This document shows, in pieces, positions 1 through 7,777 of a stretch of DNA of 64,000 bases. Position 1 is the stretch's first letter; every line of letters starts with the position of its first letter. Source of the DNA: a candidate division FCPU426 bacterium (GTDB lineage Bacteria > Oederibacteriota > Muellerivitia > Muellerivitales > Muellerivitaceae). The translations under genes and the position numbers were made by a program. The stretch spans positions 480,001-544,000 of the forward strand of contig CAWCKJ010000004.1 in the NCBI GenBank assembly GCA_963796105.1, read 5' to 3'. Below the pieces are notes generated by a model. The model worked only from the letters and a program-made list of their open reading frames with translations, was not told where the DNA came from and made no database searches.

Positions 1-745
1 TTTCAGCCTTCTTTTTGCCTGTCGCGAGGACCCATACCAGCCTGGAGGCGTTCAACACCGGGAAAGTCAAGGTGACTCTTTCCTTCCTCTTGGCGTCCAC
101 GAAATATCCGTCCACCCAATGCTTCTGCTCGTTGAGCTGTGGGACCCCGGGGAAAAGGCTCGCGGTATGCCCGTCCTCCCCCACGCCCAATAGGCACAAA
201 TCGAAACGGGGTAACTCGGTCTGTCCGAAAAACTTCTTAAGTTTTCTCTCGTAATGGTAGGCCGCCTGGTCCACCGGCATCGTTGGGAAGCCGGCTGGAA
301 ATAGGTTGGTCTTGGGAATAAGCGCCTTGTTGAGAAGGTAATCCTGGGCCAGCTTATAGTTGCTTTCCGGGCTGTCCAAAGGCACGTGGCGCTCGTCAGC
401 CCAAAAGATAAAGGTCTTGGCCCAGGGCATCAGGTTGACATAGGGCTCCTCGGCGAGTTGTTGGTAAAGCGGCTTGGGGGTCTCTCCGCCTGAAAGCGCC
501 AGGATAAACCGGCCCCTGGCATCCACCGCCTCCCGGGCCGCCATCATGACCAAGGGGGCCATTTCCTCGTAAAGATTTCCCGTACTGGGAAAAATTTTTA
601 TTTCAGGATAAAATTTATTTTTTTTAGATTTTGAAACGGGTGCCTTGGCGGTTTTCGGAGGGGAAGACGCGGTTTTTTTCTCTTTCGGCTTCTTCTCGGC
701 TTTTTTCTTGGGAAGGGTCTCAATATTCTTCTTTGTTGGACTCAT
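1..745 (-). CDS. pgl: 6-phosphogluconolactonase (3' end runs off the window)
   Basis: Absent from the ORF track; translated by hand from ATG at 745. Contains ILALSGGETPKPLY and FWADERHVP...SNY motifs, and lies downstream of zwf-opcA. Confidence 0.93.
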   Translation of the reverse strand, partial: MSPTKKNIETLPKKKAEKKPKEKKTASSPPKTAKAPVSKSKKNKFYPEIKIFPSTGNLYEEMAPLVMMAAREAVDARGRFILALSGGETPKPLYQQLAEEPYVNLMPWAKTFIFWADERHVPLDSPESNYKLAQDYLLNKALIPKTNLFPAGFPTMPVDQAAYHYERKLKKFFGQTELPRFDLCLLGVGEDGHTASLFPGVPQLNEQKHWVDGYFVDAKRKERVTLTFPVLNASRLVWVLATGKKKAE

Positions 746-979
746 AGGCTATGCCTTTCAACCGCTTGATACGGGAGGACTAAAAAATCCCCGACACCCG
801 TGTCATCGGTTGTGAAAGGAAAAGCGGCTTCAACCGCTAATCCATTTACATTGTACCAGCCAAACTTCCCCTTTCCAACCAAAGCAAACCCTAAACATGG
901 GCGAGGTTGCCATCAAAAATCATTTTTATGTTTTTTATCCCTCGAAAGCTAAAAAAAACACGTTAAACGAAACGGGGAC

Positions 980-2071
980 TCAGGAGGATTTTTCCAGGAC
1001 CGTTCCCGCCATTTGAAGGGTCTTGTTCCAGACCAGGTCCGGTTCCAGGTGCCTGAAACCCTCGTTGAGAAGTTCGTTGCTGTGGAGATGCTGGAAGGTG
1101 ACCGCCCGCGAGGATCCTTCCAAGGGTCCGACCTTGGATTGGACCGACACGCAATGGGGGTCCTTGTCCCTCATGACCGTGAATAAGCCGGGGTTCTCCC
1201 CGCCTGTGGCGATCCGGACGGAAAAAATCCTGTCCCTTTTGACGTCATGGACAGGAACCGGCTTCAAAAAAACCTCCACCGGTCCGTGGGGACCCTCAAA
1301 GCGGAGTTCGTCCTTAAACTCGAATATTCGAGGCCCCTTGTATTTCCAACCTAATTGGGAAGCCAGCCAGCAGGCCAGGTAAAAGCTCCTCGTGGGCTGG
1401 GTTCCCTCCCCGTATTCCACCGTGAACCTTTGGATCTCGGGGATGAACCGGGCCCACTCCCCGTCGAACAACTCCGCGATGAGAGCCCTCCACCTGTGGA
1501 TTCGAAGCCAGTTCAAGTCACCCAGGATAGTATCCGGGTGAAGGGATTCCCATTTAGCCGATAAGAAAGCGAGGGTGGGAATCACCCGGCTGAACCGGGA
1601 GGAATCCACCCAGGCGCGGATGGCCTCGTCGGCCATGTGGTGAAAAAAAGAATGGTCCGTGGGCAGGTCCCCGGTCCACCAGAACTCCACCGGAAGGTCA
1701 GGCACCAATAGGGAAAAAGTGAACCCATAGAGGTTCTCGATGGCCTCCTCTCCCGCCTCCAATTTGATCAGGTCGCAGCAGATGCTCTTCGCGCGTCCGT
1801 TGGAAAGAACGCAATGCCCGGAGACCGAGTGCTTCAAGGGGAGGCCAGCCTCCGCGGCGGGCTTGATGAGGATATAACGCCCCGGATGGGACTCCACCAG
1901 ATCGTTTAAAATCCGCTCCACCCGCTCGCCGTCATCGGCGCTGGGAACGTAAGCCACGAGGTTGGTGGTATAGATCCTCTGCAAACCCAGGTCCTTCGTC
2001 TTGTCCTGGGGACCCGGTTTCCAGAGGTCGGATAACTCCTTTTCCACTTCCTGGGCCGAGAGAGGGCTCAT
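980..2071 (-). CDS. opcA: Glucose-6-phosphate dehydrogenase assembly protein OpcA
   Basis: LLVPDLPVEFWWTG and GDLNWLRIHRWRALIAELFD motifs. ATG at 2071 overlaps the zwf TGA (ATGA coupling). Confidence 0.9.
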   Translation of the reverse strand: MSPLSAQEVEKELSDLWKPGPQDKTKDLGLQRIYTTNLVAYVPSADDGERVERILNDLVESHPGRYILIKPAAEAGLPLKHSVSGHCVLSNGRAKSICCDLIKLEAGEEAIENLYGFTFSLLVPDLPVEFWWTGDLPTDHSFFHHMADEAIRAWVDSSRFSRVIPTLAFLSAKWESLHPDTILGDLNWLRIHRWRALIAELFDGEWARFIPEIQRFTVEYGEGTQPTRSFYLACWLASQLGWKYKGPRIFEFKDELRFEGPHGPVEVFLKPVPVHDVKRDRIFSVRIATGGENPGLFTVMRDKDPHCVSVQSKVGPLEGSSRAVTFQHLHSNELLNEGFRHLEPDLVWNKTLQMAGTVLEKSS

Positions 2072-3603
2072 AAACGCCGCCATTTCCGCCAGGGTTCCCC
2101 CGGCAGGCTGTCCGCGGAAACCGGGCCCCAGGTGCCGGCCTCGTAATTGGGAAAAGCCTCCTCCGGCGGTTTGGATTCCCACTCGTCGAAGATCGGCATC
2201 AAGGCTCCCCAAGCCGCCTCGGTCTCGTCTCCCCGGATGAAAAGCGTGGCGTCGCCCAGCATGCAGTCCAACAGAAGGCGCTCGTAAGCCTCGGAGGTTC
2301 CCTCCACGAAGGTGGTGTTGTAGCGGAAGTCCATGTTGACGGTGCGCGCCTCCAGGGTGATGCCTGGAACCTTCGTCTCGAACTTGAGGGTGATACCCTC
2401 ATCCGGCTGGATGCGCACCACCAGGATATTGGGCGCCATCTCGCTGAGGTTTCCCTTGAACAGCAAGTTGGGCGGCTGTTTGAATTGGATGGCCACCTCA
2501 GTGGCCCGCTTGGGCATGCGTTTCCCGGATCGAAGCAGGAAGGGCACCCCGTGCCAGCGCCAGGTATCGAGATGAAGTTTCACCGCCGCGAAAGTGGGGG
2601 TGTTGGATTTTGGGTCCACTCCCGGCTCCTCGCGGTAGCCCGGAACTTTTTCTCCGGCCAGGAAACCAGGGCCGTATTGCCCCCTGGCCGCAAACTGATG
2701 GATGGTGTCCCCCTTGAAGGGATGGATGGATTGAAGGACCTTCAACTTCTCGTCACGGATGGGGTCGGCAGCGAAATCCACCGGAGGCTCCATGGCGACC
2801 AGGGAAAGCACCTGCAATAGGTGGTTCTGGAACATGTCCCGAAGGACGCCGGAAGACTCGTAGTACCCAGCCCGGCTCCCCACTCCCAGGTCCTCGGCGG
2901 CGGTGATTTGGACGTGGTCCACGTAACGCCGGTCCCAAATAGGCTCGAAGATGGAATTACCGAAGCGCATGATGAGGAGGTTCTGGACCGTTTCCTTGCC
3001 TAGGTAATGGTCGATGCGGTAAACCTGGTTCTCCTTGAAGGATTCCCTTACTTTCCCGTTTAATTCCTTGGCGGACTTGAGGTCCCGGCCGAAAGGTTTC
3101 TCGATGACGACGCGGGCGTAGCCCTTTTCCTCCCGAGCCAAACCCGTGGCTCCCAGGTGGACCAGGATTGTCTCGAAAACGTTGGGCGGGGTGGAGAGGT
3201 AATAAATCCGGTTCCCCAGGGTTCCGTTCTTCTTGTCCAATTCCCCAAGGATTTTGGAAAGCTCTTGGTAGGTCTGGGGATCGTCGTAACCGCCGGATAG
3301 GTAATGGAAATTCCGGGAGAAACTCTCCCAAAGGGAATGGGACAAACCAGGCTCGCTCTCCCTCAGGCTTTCCTTGAGTTTTTCCTTGAACTCCTCATCG
3401 CTGACGCGGGACCTGGAGAGCCCCACGAGGTTGAAAGAGGAAGGAAGAAGATGCTTTTTGAACAAGTCGAAAAGGGCGGGAATGAGCTTTCGATGGGTCA
3501 AGTCCCCGGAAGCCCCGAAGATCACCAAACTGCAGGGGGCCGGCATGCGGTCGTTGAACAAACCTTCGCGAAGGGGATTTTCCAATGGAGTCCGGTCGGA
3601 CAT
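2068..3603 (-). CDS. zwf: Glucose-6-phosphate 1-dehydrogenase
   Basis: IFGASGDL, EKPFG, RIDHYLGKETVQN and RDMFQNHL motifs. Confidence 0.98.
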   Translation of the reverse strand: MSDRTPLENPLREGLFNDRMPAPCSLVIFGASGDLTHRKLIPALFDLFKKHLLPSSFNLVGLSRSRVSDEEFKEKLKESLRESEPGLSHSLWESFSRNFHYLSGGYDDPQTYQELSKILGELDKKNGTLGNRIYYLSTPPNVFETILVHLGATGLAREEKGYARVVIEKPFGRDLKSAKELNGKVRESFKENQVYRIDHYLGKETVQNLLIMRFGNSIFEPIWDRRYVDHVQITAAEDLGVGSRAGYYESSGVLRDMFQNHLLQVLSLVAMEPPVDFAADPIRDEKLKVLQSIHPFKGDTIHQFAARGQYGPGFLAGEKVPGYREEPGVDPKSNTPTFAAVKLHLDTWRWHGVPFLLRSGKRMPKRATEVAIQFKQPPNLLFKGNLSEMAPNILVVRIQPDEGITLKFETKVPGITLEARTVNMDFRYNTTFVEGTSEAYERLLLDCMLGDATLFIRGDETEAAWGALMPIFDEWESKPPEEAFPNYEAGTWGPVSADSLPGEPWRKWRRL

Positions 3604-3694
3604 AGCCACCTCAGGTTCAAATCATACAGCAAAAGCCAGATATCCACTTTAAAGTTGATAAACCATCAAAAGCAAGGATAGAAACCTTCTTCCA

Positions 3695-4732
3695 TTACCG
3701 GATCGTTTGGATCTTTTCCCTCACTTGGGCTAAAAACGAGTCCGGCAGGGGGACATAGGAACATTCACTCACGAGTTTCTGTCCATCGGCTCCCGAAACC
3801 CATTGAAGAAAATCAGCAAACGCCTTGCTGCGGGCTGGGTTATGGACAACCTTGGAATTTTCCTGGTAGGTCATGAGCCACATAAAGGTGCAGAGAGGAT
3901 AGGCTGCGGGACTGCGGGAGCGGGTCAAGAACACCTTGAGGTCATCCGGCAGGTTGACCAAGTCCGAGGTGGAAGCCTGTATGGACTCAACCGAGGGCGC
4001 CACGAATTTTCCCGCGTCATTCTTGACCTCGGCCGTCGGCAACCTTTTTTGGGCGGCATAGGAGTACTCCAGGACAGCCAGGGTCCCAGGATAGAGGCGC
4101 AATCTTGCCAGGACTTTGTCGTTCCCCTTCACGTGTTTCCCCACGGGCCAGTGCAGGTTCTTGTCCTTCTCGCGCCGAAGGGTCCACTTGAAATCCAGCT
4201 TGGAAAGGAAGAAAGGGAGGAAATCACGCAGGGTGTTTTGGCGCTCCTCCCGCGCGACCTGGATGTCCATGTCGGGCAGGGCGACGCCCGGATTCAAGGC
4301 CGTCAGGGTCGGATCGTTCCACTTGTTGACGGTTCCGTCGAGGATAGAGGATAAAACCAACGGGGAAATCTTGAGACCTGGCTGGATTCCCGGCAGGTTA
4401 TAGGTGACAACCAAGGCTTCCAGGGCCAGGGGCAGGTTGATCGGTCCCCGGCTCCGGACCTTGTTTTCCTCCTGGGTGGTCAAAGGTGTTTCCAAGACGG
4501 CGAAATCTGCCCCCTTCCCGAGCCATTGATTGACCGCGTCGGAAGCGCCCTTGGCATCGAACTTGACCTTGAGTCCCGAATGGCTTTGCGCGTATTCACC
4601 CAACCAGCGGGCGCATAGGGGAGCCGCAATATAAGAGACGGAGCCTTTCAATTCCAAACCCGCCGAGGCTTTACCAACTAAGATAAAGGAAACAACGAAT
4701 CCAAAAAACGCTGATTTTAATGTGGATTTCAC
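3695..4732 (-). CDS. Divergent PstS-like periplasmic substrate-binding protein
   Basis: Signal peptide; PstS-like segments VVTYNLPG, WNDPTLTALNPGVALPD, GKFVAPS and AYPLCTFMWL. Canonical phosphate-binding motifs are altered. Confidence 0.75.
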   Translation of the reverse strand: MKSTLKSAFFGFVVSFILVGKASAGLELKGSVSYIAAPLCARWLGEYAQSHSGLKVKFDAKGASDAVNQWLGKGADFAVLETPLTTQEENKVRSRGPINLPLALEALVVTYNLPGIQPGLKISPLVLSSILDGTVNKWNDPTLTALNPGVALPDMDIQVAREERQNTLRDFLPFFLSKLDFKWTLRREKDKNLHWPVGKHVKGNDKVLARLRLYPGTLAVLEYSYAAQKRLPTAEVKNDAGKFVAPSVESIQASTSDLVNLPDDLKVFLTRSRSPAAYPLCTFMWLMTYQENSKVVHNPARSKAFADFLQWVSGADGQKLVSECSYVPLPDSFLAQVREKIQTIR

Positions 4733-4954
4733 TTATGAATTCCCCTTTTTAAAGTTGAAAGCCTGTCTCTCCGGTTTATGAATGCCGGGAAAACAGGCCC
4801 AAAGATTGCCACGAAGGCGGGAGCCAGTCAACGCAAACTTTTAAGATTGTTGAAACATGTTTGGTTTAAAATCGTCATATAAACAAGCGCCCACCAGCTT
4901 TCAGGTCGGCAAACGGCTTCCACCTTTGATCCAAGTCTAAAGGAGCGATTCTCA

Positions 4955-5950
4955 ATGAGTCACCCATACAGTTTATCCCTGACGCCGCTCGTTCTAGCGA
5001 TACTCTTGGGCATGGCGCCCTATGACAGCGCCGCGTCCGTGACAACTCCATCCGAAAGTAAAAATTCCCAAACCGCCCCTAATTCCGCAACCACCCAGGC
5101 GGATGATGAAGCGTCCGAGGATGTGAAACTACTGGATCAACTGGAAGGGGAGGTAAATCCCTTTACCCCCCATTGGACCGGAAAGATAGGCCTCAGCTAT
5201 TCAAACCAGCCCAGCCAGGCTGGCCAGGGCCAGATCACGAAGGAAACGAGTTTTACCGGCACTTACAGTTTCACCGAGGGGGGCCATTACACTTCCTTGG
5301 GCCTGGTCGGCGGCCAGCAGAAAACGGAAGGAACGGACACGGATTACGGGGAGCTGTCTTTGGAGGGCGGATTGGGGCTGGATTTCTTTCTTCCTTCCTT
5401 GAATTTGATGATGCAAAGGGGCTCTTCCGCCCTTCAATCCGACACAGCCACCTTGACCTTGGGTTTCATGCTTTGGGAACCATTAGAGGCAGGAATGACC
5501 TTGTCGGGAGGTTTGGACAGCCACCAGGGAACCGTGTCCCAGGTCTTGGGCACAACCACTAAACTGGCCCAAAAGTTCGCCGACAAAATCGTGGAAATCG
5601 ACGGTGGAAATTTAACCCCTGGTATCTTCTTGAATTATACTCCGGCGGATTTCCTGACCTTGACCTTATCGAGCCAGCAGGCTTACGACGATACTTACCA
5701 GGTCCAGAATGTCACCCATACGGTGGTAATAAGTTTGAATCAAGAGGACAGGGTCCGGTCTATCACCTTGGGTGCAAACATTACATTTCTAAAGAACTTC
5801 GAGTTGGACTTATCAGGTCAATCGGGCCAGGAAGATTATCCCGCCGGCACTGTTTACAGCCTCATACTGGGCAAAACCGTGACCTACAACACTCCCACCA
5901 GCCAGCCTTTCAAGGGATTCTCTTTTGCCCTGAATTACAATATCGATTAG
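4955..5950 (+). CDS. Exported hypothetical protein, possible outer-membrane beta-barrel
   Basis: Signal peptide, Ser/Thr-rich linker, alternating amphipathic strands and C-terminal FSFALNYNID. Confidence 0.6.
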   Translation: MSHPYSLSLTPLVLAILLGMAPYDSAASVTTPSESKNSQTAPNSATTQADDEASEDVKLLDQLEGEVNPFTPHWTGKIGLSYSNQPSQAGQGQITKETSFTGTYSFTEGGHYTSLGLVGGQQKTEGTDTDYGELSLEGGLGLDFFLPSLNLMMQRGSSALQSDTATLTLGFMLWEPLEAGMTLSGGLDSHQGTVSQVLGTTTKLAQKFADKIVEIDGGNLTPGIFLNYTPADFLTLTLSSQQAYDDTYQVQNVTHTVVISLNQEDRVRSITLGANITFLKNFELDLSGQSGQEDYPAGTVYSLILGKTVTYNTPTSQPFKGFSFALNYNID

Positions 5951-6098
5951 AGAAACAGCTAAGCTGAATCCGGTTTAAAAAAGGGCTCCCCAACCGGCTT
6001 GTTATTCTTTTTCGAAACCTGACCCGATGCTTGATTTTAAGTTCCCGAAAAATAATGAATTTGCCTTAAGAAACGTTAAATTTACCGGCTTATCCCAT

Positions 6099-6129
6099 GC
6101 AACTTTTCCACCCCTCTGGGACGTCTAAT
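6099..6129 (+). promoter_or_regulatory. Putative ECF-sigma promoter
   Basis: GCAAC-N18-CGTCTAAT upstream of the ORF at 6168; a matching motif lies at 43304-43333. Confidence 0.55.
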
Positions 6130-6167
6130 AGGTTGGATTCGGAAATTAAATCATCACGGAGGAAGTC

Positions 6168-6551
6168 ATGAGAATATTGAGTGTTTTAGCTTTGGCCTTG
6201 CTGTTCCTGGCACCAGCCGGTTTTGTCTTAGCCGACGGAACCCAATCCCCGGCTATCCGCCCGATGGCGGGTCGCCCCCATCCCCGCATCCACGAGATAC
6301 ATTGGCGCATGAGAAACCAAATGCTCCGCATCCGGGAAGGGGTTAAATCCGGCAAGCTTACAAAGGCTCAGGCCCAGGCCCTTCACCAGCAGTTGAAACA
6401 AATCCAGGAGGAGATGCAGGCCGATTTCAAGGCGAACGGCAAAAGGGAATTGACCGAGGACCAGCTCAAGCAGCTCAACCAGCAGTTGAATGAGATATCC
6501 AAGAGCATTTACGACGAGAAAAACCCCGAGCCGGCCCCGCCTACTCAATAA
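6168..6551 (+). CDS. Small secreted helical hypothetical protein
   Basis: GGAGG RBS, signal peptide, and RIREGVKSGKLTKAQA coiled-coil segment. Confidence 0.8.
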   Translation: MRILSVLALALLFLAPAGFVLADGTQSPAIRPMAGRPHPRIHEIHWRMRNQMLRIREGVKSGKLTKAQAQALHQQLKQIQEEMQADFKANGKRELTEDQLKQLNQQLNEISKSIYDEKNPEPAPPTQ

Positions 6552-6576
6552 TCGCCGTTAATAAATAACGTCGTTG

Positions 6577-6612
6577 AAAGCCGGGTGATTTAATAGATCG
6601 CCCGGCTTTTTT
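6577..6612 (+). terminator. Rho-independent terminator between convergent genes
   Basis: AAAGCCGGGTGAT / ATCGCCCGGCTTT stem followed by a T tract. Confidence 0.85.
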
Positions 6613-6634
6613 ATTTATGTGCCCACCAAAATTT

Positions 6635-7777
6635 TTAAAACCCGTTAAATTTCTGGTCGTATCCCGTCAGTTCCATGTAACCCTCGCCCTGGAGGGGTTT
6701 GCTCCCCTTTTTTCCCCTCACGCTAATTGATCCTTCCCAATAAACCAACCTGGTGCTTTGAGTAGTGTCGAGTTCCTGGTCGGGAAAATCCGCCGAGGTC
6801 TCAAAGTCCAGGTGAAGCGACGGAACCCCGATTTTCCATTGGATGGGATAGACGGCTCCCGTACGGGAACTCTTCCAGGTTTTAAGGACTTCCGTTTGGA
6901 TTTCCTTGCTGTCCAAATGGATGAATTTGCCTTTGGCGTCCACATAGGTCCCGCTGGAAGCGGGATGAATCGCGCCGTCTTTCATGCGGACGCGGTAAAG
7001 CATCAATTCCGTGGAATCCGAAAATTGAAGGCCAAACCAGTCCCACCCAGTCTCATCTGGGTCCATTTTCCCCGAGAAGAACTCATGGTCCATCCAGGCC
7101 TTCCCTGACACCTGATGCTCCTGGGCGCCCACCCGAAGGGTTCCTTGGGCCAATAACAGGGGGAGGGAAAAATATTGGGAGACGTTTCCGGGGGAGGAGC
7201 CTTTCCGGCTGTATCCTTTGATCCCGTGGAAAATGACGGGAATGGTCGATTGGACCTTTAAATCCAACCCGAAGGAGTCTCCTTGCGCAGTCAAGTGGTG
7301 GGAGGAACCTTCCCGAAGAACCCTCCAGTCCTCGTTCTGGGTGTCCAAAGCGCTGACCTTGGCCCCCGCCAAACCCGGCCCGGGCCTGTTCATTTTTTCC
7401 TCGTACCAAAATTTCCGGTTTTTCAGGTCAGAGACGGCGAAATGGGCGAAATAAAGATCCTTGGCCGCGAAGGAGGATGTGTTTCGCGCGGCCGGATCCA
7501 GCCCCACCCGGAAAAAGGTCAACTCAAAGCCATAACGGTTCCCCTCCTCGGTTTGAAGATGCCCTGTGTAATACCACCATTCGGTCTGGTAATCCGGGTG
7601 GCTCCCGAAATCGCGGGGAAACAACCAGGCATAGCCAGGCTTTGCAGGAAGATAACTTTTTCCAAAAGGTGTTCCACCCAAACTTTTTCTCGCCGGAGCC
7701 ATAGCTAGGGTTAAAAACAGGATGAACCAGATTCGAGGAATAAAAGAAAAGCATAAAGATTTTTTCGCCGATGTCAT
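6635..7777 (-). CDS. AttH/CrtC-like lipocalin-domain protein (predicted secreted hydrolase)
   Basis: FPRDFGSHPDYQTEWWYYTG, AWMDHEF, GWDWF, YWEG and GYMELTGY motifs. ATG at 7777 is coupled to the permease stop. Confidence 0.9.
   Translation of the reverse strand: MTSAKKSLCFSFIPRIWFILFLTLAMAPARKSLGGTPFGKSYLPAKPGYAWLFPRDFGSHPDYQTEWWYYTGHLQTEEGNRYGFELTFFRVGLDPAARNTSSFAAKDLYFAHFAVSDLKNRKFWYEEKMNRPGPGLAGAKVSALDTQNEDWRVLREGSSHHLTAQGDSFGLDLKVQSTIPVIFHGIKGYSRKGSSPGNVSQYFSLPLLLAQGTLRVGAQEHQVSGKAWMDHEFFSGKMDPDETGWDWFGLQFSDSTELMLYRVRMKDGAIHPASSGTYVDAKGKFIHLDSKEIQTEVLKTWKSSRTGAVYPIQWKIGVPSLHLDFETSADFPDQELDTTQSTRLVYWEGSISVRGKKGSKPLQGEGYMELTGYDQKFNGF

Noticed and set aside
4909..4940. Third ECF-type promoter (AAC...GTCTAA)
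   Set aside because: The spacer is 1-2 bp longer than in the other two sites, and it lacks the CGTC core.
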